From the NCBI GenBank assembly GCA_046563655.1, contig CM102285.1, positions 7,626,001 through 7,690,000 of the forward strand: a stretch of DNA of 64,000 nucleotides, given 5' to 3'. This document shows positions 40,501-51,674 of the stretch, piece after piece. The notes under the pieces are model-generated. The model was not told the origin of the DNA, made no database searches, and saw only the letters and a list, made by a program, of their open reading frames with translations. This DNA comes from Yuukianura sp. NJ FZ-2021 (Eukaryota). Position 1 is the first letter of the stretch. Each line of letters opens with the position of its first letter. A program made the position numbers and the translations under genes.

Positions 40501-40999
40501 CCTCAGAAGTTCGACAGTGTCTTCCTTCGTACTTGGATTTAGTTATGAAATAAATGGAAATATATCACCTGTATTGCCCCCGAATGCTCAGGGTGGGGCC
40601 CACAAAGTGGCAAGGCGTATATCCAATTATCAATCGATGTCCACAAAAGATGGTCCGGCCAGGGTCACCATAAATGTTGAGAGTGCCGTCAAAACTACCC
40701 GTTTCGAGAACACTGCTCGAATACCAGTTGTCCTTTGTGGAAAAATGATTCGTAGTGATACTAAGGGTTGAAGTGTTTTTTAGTAGTTGTTTAATTAACG
40801 ATTATCTTCTTACTACTAACAATGTTCTCTTCTTCTTAAAATTGTATATCTATGCACGCACACTTCCTTTTTTCTATAGCAATATTTTCATCTAACATAA
40901 CGAGGAAAAAAGGTGCCAAACTCTTCAAGAGATGGAGTTATATCTCTGAATAAACCTTAGAACAAATATTAAATTAAAGTTACGTAGCCACTTTCTACA
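34553..40999 (-). mobile_element. Full-length BEL/Pao LTR retrotransposon
   Basis: LTRs 34553-34879 and 40675-40999 (TG...CA); 5-bp TSD GTTAG; PBS TGGTGACCCTGG; PPT AGAAGGTGGGAGGA; single long ORF. Confidence 0.97.
34922..40282 (-). CDS. BEL/Pao Gag-Pol polyprotein (Gag, zinc knuckles, protease, RT, RNase H, integrase)
   Basis: Uninterrupted 1786-aa ORF: triple Cys/His knuckle, CDPGAQ protease site, RPVFDAS and YVDN RT motifs, FCDAS RNase H, HHCC plus DLAG/SDNG/GGWWE integrase. Confidence 0.96.
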   Translation of the reverse strand: MERERRLRRPLRAQLTRTTNQIDDELAKEEPDFQLLRVHLFKLEKAMTDLSGIDQSIMDAMLNADCTDEEQDEETKVVEEYSDKYVTAKLKVEGVLFRPDPVRSNSPHESQSATSRTTNQEHKRSFKLPKTELRTFNGDLKEWLSFWSQFQNIDEDETLHATDKFQYLIQALDKGTEPRELVTSFPQTAENYPKAVEALKERFGSESLLIQVYVRELLKLAIHNVTQKEKIPVSKMYLQIESHLRALDSLKLASADPSTWLFPLVESSLPEDTLRAWQRSTLSTGQGTSGDNKTNLDRLMEFLKSEVKNEQRIQLAQEGFQSMSLTQKNQKRNPNASETSRMKNQREKSDVPTAAGLFSGNASNCIFCDKAHESKDCGKTQKMTIEEMNSKIRNKNACFLCLKVGHNSKKCRSFVSCLLCHKKHQTVMCPEVKKKNEHNKHEPKKDDTVVTTQNNLSCTTEVLLQTLLVTAVNNGKKKTLRVLCDPGAQHSYILQSTARDLELLPSGQVILRHTLFSGRNYTQEHNKYEVHLQPHGRSKGETGTIQVLDQSKICEAVPRMLKGSWMKELKKKNIWLSDVGSGSPEVEILIGSDYYTKMFTGRSHQLQNGLLAIETTFGWTLSGQVNNSAESTARSAISMHILAEDVTVTGFWDLDTIGIKDPAEHKSKMEVELETKQHFLQSVTRSDDGRYKVKLPWIDEAPDIPSNRVIAERRLLNATKKLQDKGQLKAYHEIFQTWLQEGFVEKVTGTALEGHYLPHHPVFKPESLTTPVRPVFDASCKTRRAPSLNDCLHKGPNLMELIPTVLLRFRENKIGVISDIRKAFQMIEVEEEDRNFLKFLWWEEPDGMTLQEFRHKRVVFGVNCSPFLLAAVLELHLKNVAPEDKEVADKLWRSLYVDNCVTSLNSNEEYKKFRNDSTSLMAQAKMELRCWEYGSIDAELQDESGKEVTSVLGIKWDKRRDELKIDLTQSPLPTVITKRTILSAVHKVFDPLGFVTPALIPPKLILQETWAKDVTWDEELEDDMAARFRSWLQEASALRDTTVPRDLNPYRVEPTSLSVHVFCDASKDAYATVIYLRAEHGDDVSVRFVQAKARVAPLKKARGKDGTSTEKKLSIPRLELMGATIGARLLQTTKESLGLEGVTEYFWSDSTTVISWIQRNDDWGTFVGNRVKEILSLTKSEDWRHVPGKMNPADLPSRGCTAAQLLVSDWSSGPKWLYDRKENWPTFDTCVVNEQEVIAERKKTTRTMTVISESAPFQLPFSVYTKNVKVMAWVIRFVRNIRLPKEKRDLSQYHTIKKMRDAQNQLMKIVQDEAFPRGADDIQGIKVKLEDGLLKVRSKVMFRTDKIEFRSPIILPKDHPIVTQLIRHIHVANCHAGIQVVLGSLREKFWILQGRRAVAKVIRNCVTCKRYATQNFAVEPVALPVHRVEAAEAFQNVGVDLAGPLSLDDGTKVWIVLYTCAVYRAVHFDQVVSLSTEAFIGSLERFINTHGRPNVLHSDNGTNFVGAASLFKLLNWKKIETECEVKSIRWIFNPPTAAWWGGWWERLVRSTKDLLRKMLGQAKLNYDELRTCLSSVEATINSRPLTTVTEDTDDLRPLTPMMFVRGLSQAQFPEGERINSKTLQQRFKKVQELKKSLQARFRKEYLSLLVQKAQEKKIKLPVVGDVVLVGSDDKKRFQWPMGRIVALVPGKDSHIRTAKVKVLLGTKSKNKMKYHTRIIVRPLQRLYPLEIPRPEEVPVEGIHLADEADKRKEMSGEPEDSQDREVKTRSGRKIVLPRRYGQWNYE

Positions 41000-41073
41000 G
41001 TTAGAGAACGTCCAAACCTTTTGATTTCCTTTTCTTGAAATTTGGTAAGGTTTGGAGTGAAAATGATACTAAT

Positions 41074-41320
41074 GCCCAGTTCGTCCATTGCAGGTTAAGT
41101 TTTAACGGAGTTTAAATATTTAACCGGAGATTAAAAAATTTAACTGGAGAAAATCGGCCGGTTAAATTTAACCGGACTTTTAACCGGCGGAGGAATACAA
41201 GAATTTTGATACCTTGCATGTCAAAATTAATTGACGCATAATTAAGTTAATTGAGTTTAAAGGTGGAACTAGTTTGCACTAAACTCCGTTTAACTTTAAC
41301 CTGCAATGGTAGAACTGGCC
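41074..41320. mobile_element. PIF/Harbinger (ISL2EU-like) MITE
   Basis: About 40-bp imperfect TIRs GCCCAGTTCGTCCATTGCAGGTTAA / TTAACCTGCAATGGTAGAACTGGCC; AT on both flanks; internal TTTAACCGG repeats. Confidence 0.7.
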
Positions 41321-41360
41321 ATAAAAGATATAGAATATCTTTCCATTTCCAGAGATTCTT

Positions 41361-41725
41361 TGTTGGCGTCTGCTACTCCGAGGATTAGGTTATGCCAGTT
41401 AGGCATTTCTGAGATGCGGCGGAGGAGTCGCGGGAGATTCGAGATACGGTGTGGTAGGGAGAGAGAGAGAGGAGATTCAGTTTAGTAGTTAGTCTTGGAT
41501 TGGCTTTTGTGTGAGTTGGAGGATCAGTAGTTATGATCATTTATTATTCAGTCGTTCTTTGAGTTTATTTTATCGATTCAATAAATATATATCATATATT
41601 TATTCATCGATGTGTGTGTTTCGGCAGTGGTGATTTCTGGAGTTTATTTGGATCTGGAGCCTGTAGGCTCAGAGAGTAGTCTGGTGGTGGTGTTTTTCAG
41701 TTGTTTAGCGTCGTAGGGCGTTACA
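41361..41725 (+). mobile_element. Solo LTR (Gypsy-type)
   Basis: TGT...ACA ends with imperfect inverted termini, internal AATAAA (~41580), 4-bp TSD TCTT. Confidence 0.75.
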
Positions 41726-41759
41726 TCTTTGGTAGTCGGAAGAGATTGTAAGAGATTTT

Positions 41760-43863
41760 GGCTGAGTTGCAGTTTTGTTCTGAAGCCTCCGTGGCGGCTG
41801 TCGGCTGGCGGCTGTCGGCTGTCGGCGGCGGCTGGTGGCTAAATTTTCAAAATTTTGAAATTTTGAAAGAATTTTGAAATTTTGAAATTTTTTTGAAATT
41901 TTGAATTTTTTTTTGAAATTTTGAAATTTTTTTGAAATTTTTTTGAAATTTTAAAATTTTTTTGAAATTTTCAATTTTTAGTCTTCTGGAGACGCACGTC
42001 TACGACGTGCTGAAGAAGACTATTGATACGACTTTGTCTGTCCGTCTGTCTGTCACCTTTTTTAGGATCCTTTCCATTGAAACATAAGCCCCATCGCAGT
42101 CGGGGGGTTATCTACGGCTCAAGTGTTTTTAGTAGGTCTACATTGCACTCAAAGTCTTACATTAACAACGTCAAAATATGCGGCAGCTTCGCGTTGCAGT
42201 TTCTTAAGTCCTCAAAATTTTTGTATTAGGTCTGCATTGTACTCAAAATATTTTTAAACAACGAAGTTTTGATCTTCTCATTTTCTGACTTTATGTTTAG
42301 TTACGTTGTTAAATTAAGACTGATTAGAGGGTAGAAAATCCGGCTTAAATGATTACTATGTGAATTGTGAATGACAAGGGTCAAATTTGCATTTACTAGA
42401 CATTTCTATAATTTCGATTTTAAACAATCGATATTCGATACCTGCACCTCAACGCTCAATTTTGTGCATGATGCACACTTATGACTACCAGAGATATATA
42501 AACGTTGAATTGTGCATTTTGATTTTGATTGTGAACCAATTTTGATCTAAAAGAAACAATATTTGACACCTGTCCTTCAACGTTCAATTTTGTGCATGCT
42601 ACACGCTTATTGCACTTGAATGTAAAATTGTGCAGATATTTTGACGCTGGGTAATGGACGTTGTTACGTCATAGGTGCTCAATTATTGTGCACCAAATAA
42701 TTTTGAAGAGAGTGAAAACTGTGCAGAGTTTAATTTTTACAACATTTTCATGCAAACGGTTTTTTAACATTTTGGTGCAATTGTGCACAAAAGGGCACAC
42801 ATCTGCACTGAAAATTACGAGCGTTGTTTTGTTTCATAAATCTAGTAAAAACGGTTTCTTAACGTTTCTCTTCGACAGACTTACGAACAGCCGGTCTAAA
42901 AGCCTTATCAATTGTCAACTCCCTCCAGAAGACCTATGCTCAACCCTTGAGCATCGCCCTACCTTGTTTTTTGAAATTTTGAAATTTTTTTGAAATTTTG
43001 AAATTTTTTTGAAATTTTGAAATTTTTTTGAAATTTTGAATTTTTTTTTGAAATTTCGAAATTTTTTTGAAATTTTGAATTTTTTTTGAAATTTCGAAAT
43101 TTTTTTGAAATTTTGAAATTTTTTTGAAATTTCGAATTTTTTTTGAAATTTTGAATTTTTTTTTTAATTTAGAATTTTTTGGAGCCTCCGTGGCGGCTGT
43201 CGGCTGGCGGCTGTCGGCTGTCGGCGGCGGCTGTCGGCTGTCGGCTGTCGGCTGCGGCTGTCGGCTGTCGGCTGGATATATAGTCTTTAGGTTAGGTTAG
43301 TTAACCTTAGGTTAGTTAACTAACTGGTAAAAGTGCAGAGTAATTGGTAAGTTCCGATTTGCATGAAAAATTTTTTTTAGACTAATTTGAAGGTGCTGAA
43401 CACGAATATGATCAAAAAAATTTTTACCAACCACTTTTTCAAATTTTTTGAAAATTTTTTTAAAAAATTTTTTGAATGGCTTTTCGCCTCCGATGTGCGT
43501 AAAAAGTATTACAAACTCAGTAACCTAGACTAAACCTACCAATGGAATCACTATTGTCAACTTAACCAAACCTAACACCGCGCCTTCGGCGCGGGAAATT
43601 GAAAGTCATTTCGTTATTTGAGGAGTCAGCCTAAATTTGATTCCAGATTCGAGTTCAGCAACCCGAAATTAGTCTGGGAAATAAATTTCATGCAAATCGG
43701 AACTTACCAATTACTCTGCACTTTTACCAGTTAACTAACCTAACCTAAAAAGTATATATTCAGCCGACAGCCGAAAGCCGCCGCCGACAGCCGACAGCCG
43801 ACAGCCGCCAGCCGACAGCCGACAGCCGCCACGGAGGCTTCAGAACAAAACTGCAACACAGCC
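41760..43863. mobile_element. Non-autonomous MULE/Merlin-like foldback element
   Basis: TIRs GGCTGAGTTGCAGTTTTGTTCTGAAGCCTCCGTGG / CCACGGAGGCTTCAGAACAAAACTGCAACACAGCC; 8-bp TSD GAGATTTT; (GGCTGTC)n subterminal repeats; (TTTTGAAAT)n minisatellite. Confidence 0.85.
41980..42966 (+). mobile_element. Second HINE/DINE-1-like family, nested in the MULE-like element
   Basis: subTIRs GTCTTCTGGAG (41981) / CTCCAGAAGAC (42923); GTCT/GTCC microsatellite; 3' stem-loop ATGCTCAA-CCC-TTGAGCAT; inserted in a T run. Confidence 0.8.
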
Positions 43864-44518
43864 GAGATTTTTCCCCCTCTCAATTGATTCTGAGGATGAA
43901 TTCCAAGTCAATGGAGGCAATTGACTCACTTTCTCTTTCCCGCTTTCCTCATCCTCATGCATTTGCCATCTAGTCCCTCCCAATATTGCTCCTTTCTCAT
44001 AATCGTAAAGCAGTCGCTGTGCCCACTTGGTCTGATTTCTTCTATTATGACCTCTTCACCGGCAAAGATGTCTACTTGCTGTTAGACCTAACGATACGAC
44101 TTATATTGGGCTTCACGTAATCAGCAATTCGCAGACGTTATTGATGTTATTGCCAATATTTCCAGAAGATGTTTCCCGAGGAAGCTGAATTGTCAAAGCT
44201 GTCCTTCAACATTTCCTTCAACCTTATCGAGCACACTAACGGCTCGCCAATGATCATTGACTGCAGTTTAGTCACGTCAAAATGGTATAAAGAAATACAC
44301 TATTTTACATGTAAAATTGAGTTTTGAAAAGTTAATCACAACCGTTTCTTATAAGGATTTGAAAATTTTGGTGTCCGTTTCTAAGAAAAGATAAGGATGC
44401 GAATTTTAGCCTGCGGAAATTTGAGGTTAGGCGGAGGCGAGGAATACAAGAGGCGAAGGAAACTCCTGCCCGTAAATGCAAAGAGAAAACCAAAATCAGA
44501 ATGTCTCTTCCGTTATGA

Positions 44519-45608
44519 ATAAACCGGTTGTAAACCGCCCATACTGATAATAGCGAAGCAATAGGCCCCCCGAAGGGGGTTTGTTCCCCCCACTTTCCTG
44601 CCTCCCCCCCCCGGGGGAAGTGGGGGTGTGTTTTCCTCACTTTCCCGCCCCCCCCCCGGGGAGTAGGGGTGTGTTTTCCCGCTTTTTTGCTCCGCACCCC
44701 AGGAAGCGTAGGGTGTGTTCCCCCACTTTCCAGCCCCCCCGGGGTAGTGGGGGTGTGTTCCCCCACTTTCCCGCCCCCCCAGGGGGTTTTGACAGGTGAG
44801 ACGTGACAGCTGAGGCGTGACAGGTGACACCCGGCAAGTGACACTTGAGGGTGACAGGTGACACGCGGCACGTGGCAGGTGACACCCGGCAAGTGACAAG
44901 TGACAGGTGACACCCGGCACGTGACAGGTGAGAGGTGACACCCGGAAAGTGACAGGTGACAGCTGACACCCGGCAAGTGACAAGTGACACCCGGAAAGTG
45001 ACAGGTGAGAGGTGACACCCGGCAAGTGACAGGTGACAGCTGACACCCGGCAAGTGACAGGTGACACCCGGAAAGTCACAGGTGAGAGGTGACACCCGGA
45101 AAGTGACAGGTGACAGCTGACACCCGGCAAGTGACAGCCGTGACAGCCGTGACAGGTGACACCCGGCGCGTGACAGGTGAAGTGACAGATGAAGTGTGAC
45201 AGGTGACAGTTGAGTGTGTTAGTCAACTGCGTAATGGATTTTTTGCTAAGCAGAAAACCAACTACCATGCCAATTGCCTTTCCAGTCTCACAAGCAGAGT
45301 CTTTGTTACATACACTTGCATTACAAATGACCTTTAAAATCCATTTTGACCCGGAAACAGGTGACCTAGGGTCACACATTCCACACAAAAGTTGTTAGTC
45401 TCAATGAGATGAACAACTTTTGTAGAGGTCATTTTCCATGTTACCGGGGATGAAACCGGTTGACCTTGACCTTTGACCCGGAAGGAGTTGACACCCGGGG
45501 GTCATATTCAATAGTGACCAAGCCCGGGTCATGACATGGTCACTGGTGAAAACCGGAATCAAATCGGGCCAGTAGTTTCTGAGATAATTAATCTGGACAG
45601 ACAGACAG

Positions 45609-45639
<31 letters not shown>

Positions 45640-45670
45640 AACCACTTTTATCATAATAGCTTCGCTATTA
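44519..45670 (-). mobile_element. HINE copy with (GTGACAG/GACACCCGG)n internal array
   Basis: Same termini and modules as 11186-12090; subTIR ATAATAGCGAAGC at both ends. Confidence 0.85.
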
Positions 45671-47070
45671 TAATAATTGCTCACTTTGGAGAAAGTTAAG
45701 ACTCTGTGATGCTCCCAGGGAAATTAAGAAGAAAGGAGAAATAGAACTTCATGGTTTCGAAGGGGGAACACTTACTTCCTCTGGATTTTACATAATTTGA
45801 ATTATGTTTCTCGCGAGTGAGCAGCAGCAAAGAAAACATAACGAACAGCTTTATCGTAGTTAGGTTAGAAAGAACTTGTGAGAAACAAGGTCCAACGGCT
45901 TTCGCCTGCTTACTGAATCATCCAAATGTAATACAGACCCAAAATACTCAACGCAGCAGACAGCACAATATAATGCAAATTTACAAAAAAATAAAAATAA
46001 AAAACAATACCCTTTGTATGGTTACAAAAGTATTTCATTAGGGGCGTTCAATCAAAAAGTGACTAAAAAAGTAGTCACTTCTTCAGAAATAAAAAACTCG
46101 GCGCGAAATGAGCGCCCCACTTCTTTATCTCACTTCTTCTCTCGACTTGACTAGCTTTAGTCATCTGTTTTTTGTTTACGTTAAAACTAATTGGTTAAAT
46201 TATGCCCGTCGCCAGTGATAAACAAAAGTTAAAAGACCTAGCCTTATTAGTTAAAGCTGCTGGTGTTGTTTGGCCAGAATTTGAGTTGTTAGAAGACGAG
46301 GAACTGACACACTTTGTAATTCTTATTGAGCTAAGGCGCTACATCAAGCCTCGCATACACGGGGTACCGAAAAGTAGTCACTGGCTACATTTTATTTATT
46401 ATTAGAACTCGAGTTTTTTTATTTCTACATCGTTAGCCGAAACCATTTTCTCTTGCGTAACCTTTACAACGGCAACCATGGGGTTTTTTGGCATTTCATC
46501 TTCTGGTTTTCGGTTCACGCCTAAGCCAGAGAACGATTGACGGATCACTTTTGTAAGTTCTGGAGTCTTTTTTGTCTAAACAAAACGTTCCAAATTATTC
46601 ATTTTTTAGGTTAGGCCTGCATTTATATTTTACTGTAGTAACTGTTACCTTCTTTGATCGATTTATCTTTTTCTGGGTCAATGCCAAACCCTGTTGAATC
46701 CAATTTATCTTTAGCTAGTTTGTACTTGCGAAGTAGTGCGTCGAAACCATTGATTAGCTCCTTTTCTGTACAATTGAAGCCAAGTTGTTCCTTCATTTTG
46801 CGCAAGAACAACGTCTTCCTTGATCCGTTAGAGCCGATCGTCTGTAAAATGGTAAAGTTCGGTTTCAATAGTCTGATTTAATGCCAGTTGTCGTCAGTAG
46901 TTAGCTAAGTAAGTAGCAATAGACTTACTCGATAAGATATAACGTTTTCTTGAAGAAAACAACGCCATTTCATACTTCTGTTCGTCCGTCCACTTCAAAT
47001 AAGGGATTCCCTTCTTAGTTGTCTTTTTAGCAGTGAGGATGTTTGAAGACTCCATTGCAATGGTAGTGTA

Positions 47071-47652
47071 AATAAACCGGTTGTAAACCGCGCATACTGA
47101 TAATAGCTCAGGAATGAGGGGCTTCCCCCAAGGGGGTGTTCCCCCCACTTTCCCGCCCTCCCCCCGGGGGGGAGTGGGGGTCATCCCCCCACTCTCACGC
47201 CCCCCCCCCGGGGGGAGTGGGAGTCTTCCCCCCACTTTCCCGCCCGCCCCCCCGGGGATAGTGGGGAGTGTTCCCCCGCTTTTTTGCTCCGCACCTAAGG
47301 ATGTGACGGTGGGTCACGCGGGGGTGTGAGGGTCGGTCACCCAGGGGTGACGGTGGGTTACCCGGTGCTGTGGGGTGGGTTCCTACCAGCTTCCCAGGTA
47401 GTAGGACGTTAATAGGTTAGGTTAGGTTGGGGATAAAACCGGTTGACCTTGACCTTTGACCCGGAAGGAGTTGACACACGGGGGTCATATTCAATAGTGA
47501 CCAAGCCCGGGTCATGACATGGTCACTGGGGAAAACCGGAATCAAATCGGACCCGTAGTTTCCGAGGTACATGATCCGGACGGACGGACGGACGGACGGA
47601 CGGACAGAGGGACGGACAGACAAACCTCTTTTATCATAATAGCTTCGCTATT
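47071..47652 (-). mobile_element. HINE copy
   Basis: AATAAACCGGTTGTAAACCGC ... (GGAC)n ... AATAGCTTCGCTATT termini. Confidence 0.85.
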
Positions 47653-47654
47653 AT

Positions 47655-48214
47655 AATAAACCGGTTGTAAACCGCATGTAATCAAGATAGCTCAGCGATA
47701 AGGTGTTGGAGGTGGGTTCCCCCGGGGTGTGGCGGTGGGTTCCCCCCGGAGGTTAGGAGTAGGTTCCCCCGGGTGTGTGGTGCTGGGTTCCCCGGGGTGT
47801 AGGGGTGGGTCCCCCGGTGGTGTGGGGGTGGGTTCTCATGGCTTTGTGGGCGTGTGTTCCCCCCACTTCCCCGCTAACAGGACGCTAAAATGGAAAAAAG
47901 TTGACCTTTGACCCAGAAGGAGGTCACTTGGGGTCATGTGATGTACACAAGAGTTGTTCGTCTCGACGAGATTAACAACTTTTGTAGAGGTCATTTTGCA
48001 GGTTACCGGGGATAAAACCGGTTGACCTTGACCTTTGACCCGGATGGAGTTGAGCCACCGGGATTATATTCAATAGTGATCATGTCCGGTTCATGAGATG
48101 TTGATTGGTGAAAACCGGAATGAAATCTGTCCAGTAGTTTCCGAGATAAATGGGTTACCCAGACAGACAGACAGACAGACATCAATCCGAACATAAAGAC
48201 AGCTTCGCTATCTT
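47655..48214 (-). mobile_element. HINE copy (different subfamily), head-to-tail with the previous one
   Basis: Same 3' stem-loop; subTIR variant AAGATAGC; (GACA)n. Confidence 0.85.
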
Positions 48215-48457
48215 AATAACTAGTGGTTTGTTAATTAGAACTAGTTTAAATGTAAGTTAAAAGTATTTAAAAGTAAACACAGAACAGTCGAAGAGAGCGA
48301 GAGAAGAAAGAAAAAAAAAGTAGTGACTTTTTGAAAAAGAAGGATGTTTTTCGATCCTTCTTTTTTGTAATCACTTCTTTCGAAAAGGTTAGGTTGGAAG
48401 AAACCTTGGGAGAATCGCATGCGCAGTACAGAGTCACTACTTTTTTTAAGTCTTATT

Positions 48458-49444
48458 AAGTAGCTTTCGCTACTTTATAAAAGCGTTTTTGTCCGTCATC
48501 GCGTTTTCCGTCCTAGACCCGTAAGGAAAGCCTGTCCGTCATCGCGTTTTCCGTCCTAGCATAGGGCTCACCATTGAAGAAGTAGTGAAAATGTGAGGGA
48601 AATTATCTCGGAAACTACTGGATCGATTTTGCGCCAGTTTTTTCTAGTGACTATCTCATGACACGGACATGGTCACTATTGAATAATATCCCGGTGTGTC
48701 AACTCCTTCCGGGTCAAAATCGATTTCAAAGGTCACGTGAATTTATGCATTGAAGAAGTGTGGGTAAAAAAAACGCTGCTTGTGAGACTGGAAAGGCATT
48801 TGGCATGGGAGTTGGTTCTCTGCTTAGCAAAAAATCTATTACGCAGTTGACATATACACTTTACACACTTATGCACTGTGTCCACCGTGTGTCACCTGTT
48901 GATTGCCGGGTGTCACCTGTCACCTGCCGGGTGTCACCTGTCACCTGCCGGGTGTCACCTGTTACCTGTTAATTGCCGGGTGTCACCTGTTACATACCGG
49001 GTGTCACCTGTCACTTGCCGGGTGTCACCTGTCACCTGTCACTTGCCGGGTGTCACCTGTCACCTGTCACTTGCCGGGTGTCACCTGTCACGTGCCACGT
49101 ATCACCTGGCACCCTCAAGTGTCACTTGCCGGGTGTCACCTGTCACGCCTCAGCTGTTACGTCTCACCTGTCAAAACCCCCTGGGGGCGGGAAAGTGGGG
49201 GGAACACACCCCCACTCCTCCGGGGGGGGCGGGAAAGTGGGGGGAAACACACCCCCACGCCTCCTGGGGTGCGGAGCAAAAAAGCGGGAAAACACACCCC
49301 TACTCCCCGGGGGGGCGGGAAAGTGGGGAAAACACACCCCCACTCCCCCCGGGGGGGGAGGCGGGAAAGTGGGGGGAACAAACCCCCTTCGGGGGGCCTA
49401 TTGCTTCGCTATTATCAGTATGGGCGGTTTACAACCGGTTTATT
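48458..49444 (+). mobile_element. Chimeric HINE copy
   Basis: 5' hairpin AAGTAGCTTTCGCTACTT and GTCCGTCATCGCGTTTTCCGTC repeats as in the 50965 copy; 3' half as in the 44519 copy. Confidence 0.8.
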
Positions 49445-49446
49445 AT

Positions 49447-50355
49447 AATAGCGAAGCTATTATTATAGAAGACGTCTGTCTGTCCGTCTGTCCGTCTGTC
49501 TGTCTGTCTGTCCGGATTAATTATCTCAGAAACTACTGGTTCGATTTGATTCCGGTTTTCACCAGTGACCATGTCATGACCCGGGCTTGGTCACTATTGA
49601 ATATGACCCCCGTGTGCCAACTCCTTCCGGGTGAAAGGTCAAGGTCAACCGGTTTTATCCCTGGTAACCGGGAAAATGACCTCTACAAAAGTTGTTCACC
49701 TCATCGAGGGGAACACCTTTTGTGTTTAATGTGTGACCATAGGTCACCTACTTCCGGGTCAAAATCGATTTCAAAGGTCATTTGTAATGCAAGTGTGGGT
49801 ACAAAAAACTCTGCTTGTGAGACTGGAAAGGCAATTGGCATGGGACTTGGTTCTCTGCTTAGCAAAAAATCTATTACGCAGTTGACATATACACTTTACA
49901 CACTCATGCACTGTGTTCACCGTCTGTCAGCTGTCACTTGCCGGGTGTCACCTGTCACTTACCGGGTGTCAACTGTCACTTGCCGGGTGTCACCTGTCAC
50001 CTGTCACTTGCCGGGTGTCACCTGTCACCTGTTAATCGCCGGGTGTCACCATTCACATACCGGGTGTCACCTGTCACTTGCCGGGTGTCACCTGTCACGT
50101 GCCTCGTGTCATCTGTCACTCACCCTCAAGTGTCACTTGCCGGGTGTCACCTGTCACGTCTCACCTGTCAACACCTCCTGGGGGGCGGGAAAATGGGGGG
50201 AACACACCCCCACTACCCGGGGGGGGGGCGGGAAAGTGGGGGGAACACACCCCTACTCCCCGGGGGGGAGGCGGGAAAGTGGGGGGAACAAACCCCCTTC
50301 GGGAGGCCCTATTGCTTCGTTATTATCAGTATGGGCGGTTTACAACCGGTTTATT
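49447..50355 (+). mobile_element. HINE copy, head-to-tail with the previous one
   Basis: AATAGCGAAGCTATT 5' hairpin, (GTCT)n, GTCACCT array, CGGTTTACAACCG 3' stem-loop. Confidence 0.85.
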
Positions 50356-50485
50356 AATACTCGAATACTTAACCTAACTTACCATGAAGAAACTAGAGTG
50401 AGAATTAAAATTATTAAAAGTGCCTCTATAATGTTTTTTTAATCCCGAAGCACAAAATTACTAACCAAAAGTAAAATAATTCAAT

Positions 50486-50664
50486 ATCCACTTTTGTCGC
50501 AATCCTCTTTTGTAAGGGTCCACTTTTGTAGGAATCCTCTTCTGTAAGGATCCACTTTTGTAAGTATCCTCTTTTGTAGGGTACGGATTTGTAAAGTAGG
50601 ATTTGTAAAATATCCACTTTTGTAAGAATCCACTTTTGTCTATCCACTTCTGCCGGCGGACCCC
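50486..50664. repeat. ~15-bp tandem repeat (ATCCACTTTTGTAAG), probably a DNA transposon end
   Basis: About 11 degenerate units ending in CCACTTCTGCCGGCGGACCCC. Confidence 0.65.
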
Positions 50665-50964
50665 TCAATCCAAAACTCGTTTTTACAGTTTACGAAGAAT
50701 TGCAACAAGATTTTTTTTCGAAACTAACGTTTTAAGGAATGGCTAGAAATATTTAAATCACACAAATTTTTCATGGTTCAGTACATATTAATATTATTCG
50801 TAATATATCCTAAATCGTTCCTTCATAAATATATTCGTAATAATATTTTTTTTGGAATAAAAAAAAGTTAAAATTTTGTCGTATGTGGCAAATAACTGGA
50901 GTTAATTTTTTTCTTTTTTGTCAGTTTGATAAGTACAATCTTATCCAGGACAGTGCCATTTACG

Positions 50965-51674
50965 AATAAACCGGTTGTAAACCGCACATAAAAAAGTAGC
51001 TTTAGCGTTTAAGTGTTTTTTTAAAAACAAACAGGACTAAACTACCCCCAGGGGGAGTGGGGCCGGGTTCCCCCACTTTCTCACCCCCCCCCCCCCCCCC
51101 CAGTGGAAATGGGGGTGAGGTCAAACAAAGATGTGAAGAGGTAGAATCCGGATAAACCAACAACGGAAGGAATGGGCACAGGACAGTGCATGAGTGTGTT
51201 GGTCAATTGCTGCGTAGTTGATTTTTTGCTAAGCACAGAACCAACTCCCATGCCATTTACCTTTCCAGTCTCACAAGCAGAGTTTTTTCTACACACACTT
51301 CCTCCATCTGCAATTCACTTGACCTTTGAAATTGATTTTGACCCGGAAGGAGGTCACTAACTGGAATGATTTTGCAAACTTGATCTCATCCGGGTCATGA
51401 GCTGTTCATTGGTGAAAACCGGAACGAAATTGGACCAGTGGTTTGCTAGATAACTGTTCTAATGTTTTCACCATTTTACAATGGCGAGCCCTATGCCAAG
51501 ACGGAAAACGCGATGACGGACAGGCTTTTCTTATGTGGCAAGACGGAAAACGCGATGACAGTGCTTCCGCCCATGCCAAGACGGAAAACGCGATGACGGA
51601 CCGGCTTTCCTTATGGGGACAAGACGGAAAACGTGATGACGGACAAAAACACTTTTATAAAGTAGCTAAAGCTA
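50965..51674 (-). mobile_element. HINE copy whose 5' hairpin is interrupted by the CRE element (remainder at 55338-55351)
   Basis: 3' subTIR AAGTAGCTTTAGC (~50994) matches the reconstructed 5' hairpin AAGTAGCTAAAGCTACTT. Confidence 0.8.

Larger units (their letters stand above)
46041..48452. mobile_element. Internally deleted PIF/Harbinger transposon remnant
   Basis: TTA then GGGGCGTTCAATC... left end; + strand putative transposase N-terminus (46202-46405, RYIKPR...VPKS); convergent, disrupted Myb/SANT-like ORF starting at 47055 (KWTDEQK...KYKLAKDKLDSTGFGID); partial right TIR near 48432-48452; interrupted by two HINEs. Confidence 0.6.

Noticed and set aside
51488..51645. Regularly spaced CAAGACGGAAAACGCGATGAC repeats as a CRISPR-like array
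   Set aside because: Spacers are short and similar to each other, the repeats are internal to a HINE, the context is eukaryotic and there are no cas genes.
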